Shown here: one piece after another, positions 26,074 through 36,210 of the stretch | Layout: every line of letters starts with the position of its first letter | Position numbering within the stretch: the first letter of the stretch is position 1 | NCBI GenBank assembly: GCA_049423385.1 | Contig: JBMSQQ010000012.1 | Location: 1-49,257 of the forward strand | DNA length: 49,257 nucleotides | Reading direction: 5' to 3' | Source of the DNA: Silvanigrellaceae bacterium | GTDB taxonomy: Bacteria > Bdellovibrionota_B > Oligoflexia > Silvanigrellales > Silvanigrellaceae | Made by a program: the position numbers and the translations under genes | Notes under the pieces: model-generated | The model's input: only the letters and a program-made list of their open reading frames with translations | Told to the model about the DNA's origin: nothing | Databases searched by the model: none

Positions 26074-29000
26074 ATGAAACAGTCTACTTTTCCTGTTGTT
26101 GCGGCCTTTATCCTGGTGACCCAGGGGGGCTGTGGATGGTTCTCCCATAAAAGCCCGAATGAACCGTTGACCCGCGATGTGAGCGGATTGGAATTGAATC
26201 CGGACTCCGGCAAGACTGAAATTCCCGATTTTCAACTTCCGGCTGTTCCTCCCGGGGCTCGGCGAATGGATATCACTCCAGACTCGCATATTCCGGTCGC
26301 ATATTCCCGGTCGGGTCGAGCATTCATACCTGTGGAAGGTTTGTTGTCGGAGAGTGGCTACGCCAAGCTCCATGCCAACGCTGCACTGCTCAAGCTGAAC
26401 TCAGCTGAAAAAACACAACAGAGTGAAAAGTTGCTGCGCAACATTGCCGCGAAGCTGTCTGAACGGGCAGCATTCCGCAGCACATTTTTTGCCCCAGAAA
26501 TTGGTTATTTTTCGGGCTGGATTGCCGTTTCCGATTACCCAAGGCTTCGTGATGTTCAGGGGCTCGATACGGGTGTTTTCATGGCGCCGAGGGCACAGGC
26601 AAACGCCCGTCCACATGCCGCGCGACGCTCTTCAGCCCGCAATGAAGCTGCAACAAATCCCACGGGCGCGGGCGCGCATTTCAGCGGTATCGAGCGCATG
26701 GGTGTTGGCCAATTTTTGGGAATGGTCGAAAAAGACGTTGGGCAGAAGCCAACTGGTGAGCGTGTGAAGGTGGGTGTCACAGACACCGGCGTGACATTCG
26801 CGCATCCGGCATTTCGCAGTTCCAGGACATCCCGGCAGCGCATTTCGTACATGAAGGATTTTACAAACGAGGGTGCTGGGTTTGTTTCCGAACGAGCTTC
26901 CCTTGTTGTCCGCCGCACGGAGTCTGCGTCGTCAAAGGCCAAGGAAAATGGCTTGTCAGTGCAAGTTGACGCCGACCTGTTGATGCCTGATGCCTTGGCG
27001 GGTGGAGTCTTGCCTGTGGATGAAGATGGCAAAGCCAAACTCCCGTTCAAGTCGATCGTCAACGAAAATTTCCTTCTTCCGGAAACGTTGGTTGAAACCC
27101 TTGAATCGCCAAATCATGGCGTCCGGATGGGAGTCCTGAGCGAATCCGCATTTTCAAGTGATGATGAAAAAGTCGACATCAACGCGAACGGCAAAACAGA
27201 TGACGAATTTTATTTCTTCGTTTTGCCGGCCGACGCCAAAGGTCACGAAAAGGTGTTGGTTGATTTTTCGGGTTCACGGGATTTCCGCAAAAGCAAGGCT
27301 GTGAAGGACTTCAATCTTTCCGGCAATACAATGGATGTCGTGAGCGAACGTATCGGATTGTCGCTGACCACAATCGAAATTCCGATTGAGTTGCCGGTCG
27401 ATGAGTCGACCGTCCCTGCAGAGAAACTCACCCGCATTGCCATTGTTGGCTATGACCCTGGGAATCACGGAAGCCATGTGTCCGGAATCATCGGTGCCCA
27501 GAAGACAATCAGCAACGACAACAACGACACACAAGCCCGCGGAGTTGCGCCAGAGGTTGATTTGATGGTCAACCGCGTGTGCGCCAACAACAGCGGCTGC
27601 AATGCCACGCGCGCCATCATCGACCTCGCCCGCAATGGTGCGCGGATCGTCAACATGTCGTTGGGTGGCTTGTCTGCATTGAATGATGGCTACGGAGTGC
27701 AGGAGACTGTCATCAACCGTTTGACAGAACTCTATGACGTTCTGTTCGTTATTTCGGCCGGAAACTCCGGACCGGGTCGGCAAACTGTTGGAAGCCCCTC
27801 AACTGCAAGACTCGCATTGAGTGTTGCTGCAACGGCTTCACCTGCCATGATTGCCAAACAATACAACTGGCCTCAGCCCGCATCGGCAGGCACAAACGAC
27901 AACGATGAAGATTTCGTGATGTTCTTCAGCTCGCGTGGACCAACATCCGCAGGTGGATTCAAGCCCAACATTGCTGCTCCTGGAACACAGCTGAGCACAA
28001 TCCAGCTGAATTCGGCTGCCGGAAGTCGCAGTGGCTTGGATGTTTACTGGGGAACGTCGATGGCAGCTCCGGCGGCAACCGGTGCAATTGCACTGTTGTT
28101 GGATGCTGCTCACATCTACAATCAACGCAATCCAACGCGTCCACTGCCAACTGATGCACTGACTCTCCGTCGAGTCATCATGGATTCTGCGCGTCCTTTT
28201 CGGGCCAACTTCTTCAATCCCGCGACGGGGGCTTCCGGCAAGGGGGTCTACACCTGGATTGATCAAGGGTACGGAATGGTCTCATTGCCTCGTGCATGGG
28301 AGCTTTTGAAACAGAAAGCTGCCAGCGACATTCACTCGGGGGTTGTTCTCGCAGCTGGAGACACCACAGGTCGCGAAAAGAGCGTCACTCTCGATTACAA
28401 GATTCGTGTTTTGCGGGCGCTTGGAAACGGACTCAAATATGACGGCAGCCAGTCTTTCGATACCGGCTCCCTCGTGGGTTCCGCTCAGACGGAAAGAAAG
28501 TTTGGCCAGGGCATCTGGTTGACGGAAGAGGAAGTCGAAAATCTTGTTGAAGTGCATTTCAACCGCAGTTTGATGAGCAAGGATTTGGCACGCACACAGG
28601 TTGGTGACTTGTTGCGTCAGCTCAACACGAGTGCCGAAAATTTCACACTCGAGACGGTTTACTACGGATCCCGTTCGCAGTGGCTGAAGGTGGGAGTGCC
28701 ACAGTCGGTTGCATGCGCCAGCGATGACGTTTCGGCAAGTTCTTCGCTGACGATTGTGGGTGCGGGAGCAATTGATTTGCCCGTCGATCCAGACAACAAG
28801 ACAGGACTCAATCCATCGAGGGCAAGTTCATTGTACCTTTGCCTCAATAAAAAAATGATTCAGGAATTGCCGCCGGGTGATCATGGCGCAATCATCCGTG
28901 CCTACCGAACCGAAGGTGGCAAACGCGATGTTTTGGCAGCGTTCGAAATTCCGGTGTACTTGACCATTCCGCACCACGCCGCCGCAATGAATGCGAAATT

Positions 29001-30039
29001 CAATGTTTCGCAAGACGTTGGCAGCTTCATGGTGGACCGGCATTATTTGCGGGTTCCCAAGGGTGTGAGCGTGCTTCGTGTTTCTCTTGAAGTTCCAAAA
29101 GCCGATGCTGCAGACCAAGGCTCATCCTGTTCTGGCGTCAGCCTGATGGTTCTTGCGGGTGGCAATACACGCACTCCCGCAGATTTGGTTTCATCCGGAA
29201 GTGTTGCCCAAAGCTGCACGTCATTGGGTGCGCCGATCAACAACAGATTGTCCGTAAAATTCACCGAAATGAAGCCATTGCCCGGAATCTGGGACCTGCA
29301 TGTGTTTGGTCGTTACCAGTTTCCGAAAAGCAATTATGCTTTGAATATCGACTACGCGACATTTGCAGACATTCCGCCCTTGAAGCTCAAACCCGAAACC
29401 CTTGGACAGGGTGAGTTTGATGTTGTGCTCAAGGAAAGCACCTTTGACGCTGCTCCCTATGCCGACAAAAGCAGTTTTACACTTGATGCGCTGGAGTCCA
29501 GGACACAACATGAAATTTCCAGGAATCAGGGCGTGATTGTCGTGCCAGCTGCAAATGGAAGACGTGCACGCACCTATGGAGCAGATGCCGGTGTTGTCTC
29601 CATCAGGACCACGTCTTCGATGGAGAACCTCGACATCGACATGGTGATTGATGAGTGCGACGACGAGCAGTTGGTTGTCTGCAAGGCTGTTGCCAGAAGT
29701 GGTTCTGCCACGGCCGACGAATTTGGCCAGTTCACTCCCCAATCCGGAAAATTTTATGCAGTGCGAATTGATCCTTACTCTGTGCCTGCTGAACTTGCCG
29801 GATTTGTCATGACCGAACGCATTTCAGCACGCGAGCCGGAAACGGGCTCCTTGCAGATATCATCGGTGGCATCCGCTGAGGGTGCGTTCAAGGTTGGCTA
29901 TGCATTTCAAGGTCAGAACAGCGGATTGCTCACAAACCCACTGTTCCAATCAGGACCCTATGAAATTGTCGGCGAAATCAAGCTGAGCAATTTAGCCGGG
30001 ATTGCCCTGACAAACGTTCCTGTGAGCGTTGGTCGTTGA
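26074..30039 (+). CDS. S8 subtilase, pyrolysin/TPP-II-like, probable lipoprotein (start could be 26047)
   Basis: Catalytic triad VTDTG / HGSHVSG / GTSMAAP, oxyanion SAGNSG, FSSRGP...KPN; QGG-C lipobox. Confidence 0.92.
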   Translation: MKQSTFPVVAAFILVTQGGCGWFSHKSPNEPLTRDVSGLELNPDSGKTEIPDFQLPAVPPGARRMDITPDSHIPVAYSRSGRAFIPVEGLLSESGYAKLHANAALLKLNSAEKTQQSEKLLRNIAAKLSERAAFRSTFFAPEIGYFSGWIAVSDYPRLRDVQGLDTGVFMAPRAQANARPHAARRSSARNEAATNPTGAGAHFSGIERMGVGQFLGMVEKDVGQKPTGERVKVGVTDTGVTFAHPAFRSSRTSRQRISYMKDFTNEGAGFVSERASLVVRRTESASSKAKENGLSVQVDADLLMPDALAGGVLPVDEDGKAKLPFKSIVNENFLLPETLVETLESPNHGVRMGVLSESAFSSDDEKVDINANGKTDDEFYFFVLPADAKGHEKVLVDFSGSRDFRKSKAVKDFNLSGNTMDVVSERIGLSLTTIEIPIELPVDESTVPAEKLTRIAIVGYDPGNHGSHVSGIIGAQKTISNDNNDTQARGVAPEVDLMVNRVCANNSGCNATRAIIDLARNGARIVNMSLGGLSALNDGYGVQETVINRLTELYDVLFVISAGNSGPGRQTVGSPSTARLALSVAATASPAMIAKQYNWPQPASAGTNDNDEDFVMFFSSRGPTSAGGFKPNIAAPGTQLSTIQLNSAAGSRSGLDVYWGTSMAAPAATGAIALLLDAAHIYNQRNPTRPLPTDALTLRRVIMDSARPFRANFFNPATGASGKGVYTWIDQGYGMVSLPRAWELLKQKAASDIHSGVVLAAGDTTGREKSVTLDYKIRVLRALGNGLKYDGSQSFDTGSLVGSAQTERKFGQGIWLTEEEVENLVEVHFNRSLMSKDLARTQVGDLLRQLNTSAENFTLETVYYGSRSQWLKVGVPQSVACASDDVSASSSLTIVGAGAIDLPVDPDNKTGLNPSRASSLYLCLNKKMIQELPPGDHGAIIRAYRTEGGKRDVLAAFEIPVYLTIPHHAAAMNAKFNVSQDVGSFMVDRHYLRVPKGVSVLRVSLEVPKADAADQGSSCSGVSLMVLAGGNTRTPADLVSSGSVAQSCTSLGAPINNRLSVKFTEMKPLPGIWDLHVFGRYQFPKSNYALNIDYATFADIPPLKLKPETLGQGEFDVVLKESTFDAAPYADKSSFTLDALESRTQHEISRNQGVIVVPAANGRRARTYGADAGVVSIRTTSSMENLDIDMVIDECDDEQLVVCKAVARSGSATADEFGQFTPQSGKFYAVRIDPYSVPAELAGFVMTERISAREPETGSLQISSVASAEGAFKVGYAFQGQNSGLLTNPLFQSGPYEIVGEIKLSNLAGIALTNVPVSVGR

Positions 30040-31071
30040 GACTGGAATTTGCGTTGGGCTGTTGAGGATGTTCAATTGCGGACTCTCAATAGCCCAATTT
30101 TTTTCCAAATGGGTAAAAGCCTCGTGCAGCGCGCGATAGAATGAGGTCAGAATTGCACCTTCTTCGCGGCCGACAACGAATTCCAACAACTTGAAATATT
30201 CGTCGAGACAATCGCGCAGCTCCCAATTCTGTTCATCGTTTGGTGATGCTTTCAGAAGGCAGCGGTTTTGGCTCTCGAGGAATGAGCTGATCGAGCACCA
30301 ACGCGAGAATTCGCTCTTGCCATGCCAGTCACGCAAGCGTTGCATAAGTTCGTTCTCAAGCTCGTCCGAAAATGAATTTTGCAGTGACTGCCCGGCAAAC
30401 CATGCTGCAAACCAGGCTTTGTGCCCGGTGTGTGAATTCCAGATTTGGCCCACGTCGATGCGATAGGCCAATGGCTCGGCCAGCCTGCGTTCGATGGCCG
30501 CGTCGCCTATCCAGAGACGAGCTTCTGGATTTTTCTTGCCATTTGCGCTCAGCGGGGCCTGAGCGTTCAAGTCATCTCGCACCGAGATTGTTTTGAAGCC
30601 GGCAAGTGCGCAAAGTACGTTCAACATCCAAAGTGATTGTTCACTGGCACCGGAGCTGAGGAGGATAATTTCTCCATGTGCGTCGGCATGATTGAGCCCT
30701 GCGACAGGGTCGGGATGACGATGGGCCCAGAGTTCTTCAAGCTGTTTCCAGAATGCGGTGTGACTTTCGGAATGCAACACGGGCTCAATAAAAACGCTCA
30801 TGACAGGGCCCGATGAAAATACTCCAAATTGGGAAGTGATCGGCGACTTGTTGGCTGCAATTCCGGCAATCAGCGAGGAACAATAGGCCTGGCAATTTTG
30901 GCTGCTCGAATTGAGTGCCCGTGGCGACGTGAACAATTCGACGTCCTGGCGATTCGCAAAAAAAGGCAACATGTTGAGGTAAGCAACCGCTGCAAGTTTG
31001 CCTGAAGTTGAAGTTTGCGAAATTGCGATTCCAGTTTCTTGGCCGACACCCGTCTGGGCAGGAGTTGTCAT
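29992..31071 (-). CDS. mqnA: MqnA-like chorismate dehydratase (MqnA/MqnD/SBP family)
   Basis: V.YLNMLPF, P..LN, GV.S.GPVMSV, A.L.IGD.A, D.G..W...TG...FA.W motifs; divergent. Confidence 0.72.
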   Translation of the reverse strand: MTTPAQTGVGQETGIAISQTSTSGKLAAVAYLNMLPFFANRQDVELFTSPRALNSSSQNCQAYCSSLIAGIAANKSPITSQFGVFSSGPVMSVFIEPVLHSESHTAFWKQLEELWAHRHPDPVAGLNHADAHGEIILLSSGASEQSLWMLNVLCALAGFKTISVRDDLNAQAPLSANGKKNPEARLWIGDAAIERRLAEPLAYRIDVGQIWNSHTGHKAWFAAWFAGQSLQNSFSDELENELMQRLRDWHGKSEFSRWCSISSFLESQNRCLLKASPNDEQNWELRDCLDEYFKLLEFVVGREEGAILTSFYRALHEAFTHLEKNWAIESPQLNILNSPTQIPVSTTNAHRNVCQGNPG

Positions 31072-32837
31072 GATTCTAACTCTCCCTGTGCTTCCGACAA
31101 CAAAGCCTTGGCCTGTGCAAGGCTTTCTTTTGTGAGTCTTTCGCCTGCGACCATGCTGGCGAGGGCCTGAACGCGTTCAGCTTCAGACGCCACTTTTATT
31201 TCTGCCACTGTTTTGCCTTTTTTGAGCGACTTGGCGGCAATAAAATGGCAATTTGCAAAACAGGCAACCTGTGCAAGGTGGGTGATGCAAAGTGCCTGTC
31301 GACGTGCACAGAACTCTGCCAGTTTGCGGCCAACCTTGGAGGCGATGCTGCCACTGATGCCGGTGTCGATTTCATCGAAAACGAAAACGCTCATGGCTCC
31401 GTCCGCAAAAAGCACACTCTTGATGGCCAACATGGTACGCGACAATTCGCCGCCGCTGGCAACCCTCTCGATGGGTTGAGGTGCTATTCCGGCATTCGCA
31501 CTCATCAAGAACTGCGCTCGTTCCGCACCCGAGCGGCTCAGCGCAATGAAGGCTTCCAATTCGCTTGCCGACAGGCCTTCTGTAGCAGAAGGCGTCATGT
31601 TGCGCTGTGTGTTGCCTTGAACTCCGCTTTGCAATTCACAGACGAATTGGCTGCGTGGCATGCCCAATTCGGCGAGGGCTTTCTGGATGGCTGAGCTGAT
31701 GGATGCAAGGCCGGCTCGCCGTCTTTGGCTGAGTTCAGAGGCACGCTGGAGTGAACTTCTGACTGCAATTCCAAAGTTTCTGTGGGCTTTGGAAAGTTCT
31801 TCCTGCAGGACATCCGACTGCGAAATTGTTTGCAGACACTGTTCGCGATGTTGACGCACGTCTTCGAGTGTTGGTCCAAATTTTTGCAGCAGTGCATTGT
31901 ACGTTTCCGAGCGGGCGAATGCCTCCTGAAGCTCGTGTTCGTCGATGAGGAAGAGTTCTTCCGTTGAGTCGATCTGAATCATGAGATCTTCGATGTGCGC
32001 AGTGATTTCGTCGATTTTTTCGACCTTCAGGGGAAGGTTTTCTGCGCCTGCAAGTTTTCCGAGCCGTTCAATCGACTTGCGACACAAGCTGAGCAGTGAC
32101 AAACAGCTTTGTTCAGAGTCGGCAACGGCGTTTCGCACATCGGTGGTCAGGCGTCCTGCCTGGGCTGCTTTTTGGCCGAGACCCACAATCCTTTGAATTT
32201 TGATCCATTCATCTTCGCGCAGGGCTGCCGCATCGATTTGGTCGAGTTCGAATTGGCAGAGGTCCTGTTCCCGCTTTCTGAGCGCAAGTTCTTTCTCAAG
32301 ACGTTCGATGTCTGCGATTCGATTCCAGGCCTCTTGCCATTGCTGGGCGTATTCGTGGCGAAGGTCTGTTGTCTCGACAAATTCGTCCAGATACCAGGTA
32401 TGGGTCTCGGGGTTGAGAAGTTTTTGATTCTCGAATTGGCTGCTGATGTCGATCAGCTCAGACGAGATTTCCTGCAATATTCGCGTGCTGATTTGTGTAT
32501 CGTTGATATAGGCGCGATGTTTACCTGTACGGCTCAAGACCCTGCGGAGGGTGACCTCATCCGGTGAATCGGCGTCCTTGAGGCATCCGTTGTTTTCCAT
32601 CAGATTCCACACGGAGGACTCGGGAGCGATTTTGAAGGTTCCCGACACCGAGGCGGATTCGGTTCCATCGCGGATGAGCGAGATCTCGGCCTTGCCACCG
32701 CGCAGCAGTGCCAGTCCATCGACAAGAAGTGATTTTCCGGCACCGGTTTCGCCGGTGATAATATTCAATCCATGAGTCAGGGAAACGCAAACATTCTCGG
32801 CAATCGCCAAGTTCTGGATGTGCAAACGAATCAGCAT
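31068..32837 (-). CDS. recN: DNA repair protein RecN
   Basis: ML..LHIQN.A, TGETGAGKS, VASGGELSR, FDEIDTGISG, CITHL.QVA. Confidence 0.95.
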   Translation of the reverse strand: MLIRLHIQNLAIAENVCVSLTHGLNIITGETGAGKSLLVDGLALLRGGKAEISLIRDGTESASVSGTFKIAPESSVWNLMENNGCLKDADSPDEVTLRRVLSRTGKHRAYINDTQISTRILQEISSELIDISSQFENQKLLNPETHTWYLDEFVETTDLRHEYAQQWQEAWNRIADIERLEKELALRKREQDLCQFELDQIDAAALREDEWIKIQRIVGLGQKAAQAGRLTTDVRNAVADSEQSCLSLLSLCRKSIERLGKLAGAENLPLKVEKIDEITAHIEDLMIQIDSTEELFLIDEHELQEAFARSETYNALLQKFGPTLEDVRQHREQCLQTISQSDVLQEELSKAHRNFGIAVRSSLQRASELSQRRRAGLASISSAIQKALAELGMPRSQFVCELQSGVQGNTQRNMTPSATEGLSASELEAFIALSRSGAERAQFLMSANAGIAPQPIERVASGGELSRTMLAIKSVLFADGAMSVFVFDEIDTGISGSIASKVGRKLAEFCARRQALCITHLAQVACFANCHFIAAKSLKKGKTVAEIKVASEAERVQALASMVAGERLTKESLAQAKALLSEAQGELES

Positions 32838-32992
32838 CTTGGACTCCTCAGGATTCCATCTGCTTAACATCAAAGCAGGCGGCTCGCCAAATTTTCACGG
32901 ATGGACCGCTGGACGAAATTTGGCCAAAAAGTCCAATTGCGGGTAAGCTTGCGCAAATTCATTCAAAGCTCCATCCAGGGAGGTCTACAGCT

Positions 32993-34024
32993 ATGGAATT
33001 GCTGAGTTCTGTTGTGAAAGGTGTTGGACATCATGTTCCGACCCGGGTGATGACCAACCTGGATCTGGCCAAGTTCATGGACACAAGTGACGACTGGATT
33101 GTTGAAAGAACAGGCATTCGCGAACGTCGGTTTGTGGAGCCTGGAACGACAACCTCAGACCTGGCTATTCCCGCAATCCGCTTGGCATGCCAAAGAGCAG
33201 GTGTGACTCCCCAGGATTGCGACATGATCATCGCTTCCACGTTGTCTCCCGATTACTTTTTTCCTGGGATCGGCACTGTTCTGCAGAACAAGCTCGAGAT
33301 GAAAAATGTTCCGGCGATCGATCTGCGCGCGCAGTGCAGTGGCCTGGTTTACGGGCTTGCAACTGCCGATGCCTATATCCGTGCAGGAATGGCAAAGCGT
33401 ATTTTGCTCGTGTGTTCCGAGGTTCAATCGCCGATTCTGGATATGTCGAATCGTGGCCGCGACATGGCTGTCTTGTTTGGTGATGGCGCTGGTGCGTTGG
33501 TGGTCGAGGCAACGACCCTTTCGGGCAGCGAGCGCCCTTCGATTCGCAACAACGTGCGGGGCATTATTGATTCTGCCATGGGCAGCGACGGCTCCGGCGC
33601 AACATTGTTGTATTTGAAGGCCCCGGGCTCAACCACGACCGGATTCATGACCCAGGAGTCGCTCGACTCGGGCGATATTCATCCCAAAATGGATGGGCGT
33701 GTTGTGTTCAAGAATGCAGTCACCCGCATGCTTGAAGTCGCCACCACAGTTCTTGCCCGCAACGGTGTGAGCCCCTCCGACATCGACCTCGTTCTTCCCC
33801 ATCAGGCCAACCTCAGGATCAACGAGGCCGTGCGTGAAAAGCTCGGAATCCCCGAAGACAAGGTGTTCAACAATATCCAGAAGTATGGAAACACCACGGC
33901 TGCCACAATTCCAATCTGCATGTCCGAGGCTGTTGAGGCAGGCAAGTTGAAGGAAGGTCAACTGGTCTTGACCCTTGCGTTCGGTGCCGGATTCACGTGG
34001 GGCTGCAATCTGATCCGCTGGTGA
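32993..34024 (+). CDS. fabH: Beta-ketoacyl-ACP synthase III
   Basis: DTSDDWI.ERTGIRERR, AQCSG (Cys), FGDGAGA, PHQAN, YGNTTAA, FGAGFTWG; GGAGG RBS. Confidence 0.95.
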   Translation: MELLSSVVKGVGHHVPTRVMTNLDLAKFMDTSDDWIVERTGIRERRFVEPGTTTSDLAIPAIRLACQRAGVTPQDCDMIIASTLSPDYFFPGIGTVLQNKLEMKNVPAIDLRAQCSGLVYGLATADAYIRAGMAKRILLVCSEVQSPILDMSNRGRDMAVLFGDGAGALVVEATTLSGSERPSIRNNVRGIIDSAMGSDGSGATLLYLKAPGSTTTGFMTQESLDSGDIHPKMDGRVVFKNAVTRMLEVATTVLARNGVSPSDIDLVLPHQANLRINEAVREKLGIPEDKVFNNIQKYGNTTAATIPICMSEAVEAGKLKEGQLVLTLAFGAGFTWGCNLIRW

Positions 34025-34056
34025 CAGCAGCCGTCTCGAATGGATATAAACGGTGT

Positions 34057-34080
34057 GCGGCCACGTTCTGGCCGCTTTTT
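34057..34080 (+). terminator. Rho-independent terminator after fabH
   Basis: GCGGCCA-cgttc-TGGCCGC followed by TTTTT. Confidence 0.7.
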
Positions 34081-35540
34081 CATGGGCGACAGGTCAGATT
34101 CAATTCCTTCCGGGGAGCCCGGGGATCCTTGGAATCAAAAATCACTTTGAGTCCGTCTTTTGCGACGATGTCCTTGATCCGCTGTTCTTCCATGACTTTC
34201 TTGCGGTAGGCAGGGTCGACAATCCAGCGGATGGGGGCTGCAGCCTGCTCGCCGAGATTGCGGAAGTTTTCGAAACGAACGGTGATGTTGAACATTCCAA
34301 AAGTGTGCGGAGGACCGTCTGATTGTCCATTGGTGTTGTTCCATTCACTTGATCTTCTCACCAAGCCGAAATCAAAGAAAACCTGTCTGTACCTGACAAC
34401 AACTCCGGCCTTGAGGTCAACCACAAGTGGCACGCTCGTGGTGAAGTAATCCGCACTGCCGTCAATACGATAATTGTTGTGGACAAGCTTGGCATCGGCA
34501 CCAAAATACAAATTGATGCTCCAGTTTTTGTGGCAAAGAATTCTTTTCAGCCGATTCTCGGGACTCATCATCGCAAGCTCTTCGGCGAGCGTGGGCGACA
34601 TCTTGTTGCCGACGTACATGTCGATGAGCGTTCCGAGAAGACGATAATTGAAGACGATTCCAGCGTTGACGTAGTTTGTAAAGGATCCGGCATTTCCGCC
34701 GCCATTGATGATGACGTTGTACTCTGGGTTGGAGTCCCCGTAGAGGTCGCCTTCGCCCAATTTGAGATATTTCTGGAAATTAACGTTGAAGTAAAAACGG
34801 TCTGCAGCCTGGTAATCCCAATTGGTGATTCTCGAACCAATCATCCTGTGAAAACCATTCTGGAGCTGTTCAGCGTATGAGCCACGGCCGATGGTGCCAA
34901 CTTGTGCTTCAATGCGCTGCATTGAACTGGCGCGTTGTTTCTCCTTGTCCATTTTGTAAGAGTTCACGGCTCCGCCGCAGAAGAGGATTCCCGCATTGGG
35001 AGGTTCATTCGGAAGTCTGGTGGGGCTTGTCTTGTTGGTATGTGTGTACATGCTTTGGCCACAGAGAAAGAAGAAGTCACTGTGGTCGAATCCAAGTTTT
35101 TTGAAAAACTTTTCGAACTCGGGATTGTTGAAGCTGATTTCAACCCGAAGCCCATTGGAGTAGTACACATCTGTTCCGGCAATAAAATCATTCTCCATCG
35201 AAATTTTGAGCCCGTCGATGACGGGTTGGCTGCGCAACAGTGTCTGAATCTCTTCATCCGGCACGGAATCAATCTTCAGCGAGTCGACGAGTGACTTTTC
35301 ATTCTCGACCTTGAGCGCCCTGAAAATGGGAACAAGTTTATCGTCCTTGAAGATGAGGCGCAGTTCCCTGTCGTGCTCACTCAAGTTCTGGTCATAGAGA
35401 ATCTCTATGATTTCCTCTACTTCGTCGTACATCTTTTTGTTTTCGAAATAATCAGGTCTGTCGAAGAAGCTGGCAGAGGCAATTGGGGTGGTGGCTGCGG
35501 ACAACATGAAGAGCATGCAGAGTAGAATCTTTTGCAGCAT
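34080..35540 (-). CDS. LpxR-family (lipid A 3'-O-deacylase-like) outer-membrane protein
   Basis: Signal peptide; END....TD.YYSNG, GQ.MYT, G.IG..S.AE.LQ..FH, W..Q motifs. Confidence 0.8.
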   Translation of the reverse strand: MLQKILLCMLFMLSAATTPIASASFFDRPDYFENKKMYDEVEEIIEILYDQNLSEHDRELRLIFKDDKLVPIFRALKVENEKSLVDSLKIDSVPDEEIQTLLRSQPVIDGLKISMENDFIAGTDVYYSNGLRVEISFNNPEFEKFFKKLGFDHSDFFFLCGQSMYTHTNKTSPTRLPNEPPNAGILFCGGAVNSYKMDKEKQRASSMQRIEAQVGTIGRGSYAEQLQNGFHRMIGSRITNWDYQAADRFYFNVNFQKYLKLGEGDLYGDSNPEYNVIINGGGNAGSFTNYVNAGIVFNYRLLGTLIDMYVGNKMSPTLAEELAMMSPENRLKRILCHKNWSINLYFGADAKLVHNNYRIDGSADYFTTSVPLVVDLKAGVVVRYRQVFFDFGLVRRSSEWNNTNGQSDGPPHTFGMFNITVRFENFRNLGEQAAAPIRWIVDPAYRKKVMEEQRIKDIVAKDGLKVIFDSKDPRAPRKELNLTCRP

Positions 35541-35707
35541 GGTGCGGGATCCCTGAGTGTTGCGTGTGTTGTCCGGTGGCTACAACAAAGAAAGAACGCA
35601 TGCAATTTTTTGGCGCAAATCTTCACAAAGAAGCAGAAATGCATCGGGAAAGAGAAGGGTGGAGAATGTGACTTGGTCAGGTCGTGAAACAAATTTTAAG
35701 ACAGGAA

Positions 35708-35751
35708 CAAAAAAACGGCAGGCAGCATCGGGAAGGGACGACTGCCTGCCG
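35708..35751 (-). terminator. Terminator of the ACIII-caa3 operon
   Basis: 10-bp stem CGGCAGGCAG/CTGCCTGCCG with a T7 tract on the minus strand, about 20 nt after the subunit IV stop. Confidence 0.75.
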
Positions 35752-35772
35752 GGATTTCGTATCGATCGGAAT

Positions 35773-36192
35773 CTATTTCTTTTTCATGAACTCTTGACGC
35801 AGGTGCATGCCGTCTTGCGAGAAGGTGCTCTCTTCCGCATTGACCTGCCCCCGGGTCATCACGTCGAACGACGTGAAAACAAAGAAGAGGATAAGGAACA
35901 GAATCGAAATAACGAAAATAAGGCTGTAGAAGCGGTCGTCGAACTTGAGGTGCATAAACCACAACACGACGAGCGTTGCTTTTGCTGCCGCAACGACCAT
36001 TGCGACGATGATCGCTGTTGGCTGTGGGAGGCCAATCACCGAGACCACAACCGTCAGTACAGTGAGGACCAACAAAGCCCCAAATACGGCAAAGTAAGTT
36101 GAAAGCGGAAGGACGTGTGGCTCGTCGCCATGTTCACCCGCATGCGAACCGGAAGCGGACTTCAATGCAAGATTGCGCAGTTTCTGAAACAT
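35773..36192 (-). CDS. Cytochrome c oxidase subunit IV
   Basis: Y..VF.ALLVLT, KA.LV.L.FMHLK motif. Confidence 0.9.
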   Translation of the reverse strand: MFQKLRNLALKSASGSHAGEHGDEPHVLPLSTYFAVFGALLVLTVLTVVVSVIGLPQPTAIIVAMVVAAAKATLVVLWFMHLKFDDRFYSLIFVISILFLILFFVFTSFDVMTRGQVNAEESTFSQDGMHLRQEFMKKK

Positions 36193-36210
36193 ATCTCTTT
36201 GACCTCCCGA

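Noticed and set aside
35557..36102. 181-aa plus-strand ORF
   Set aside because: Antisense to oxidase subunit IV and spans its terminator
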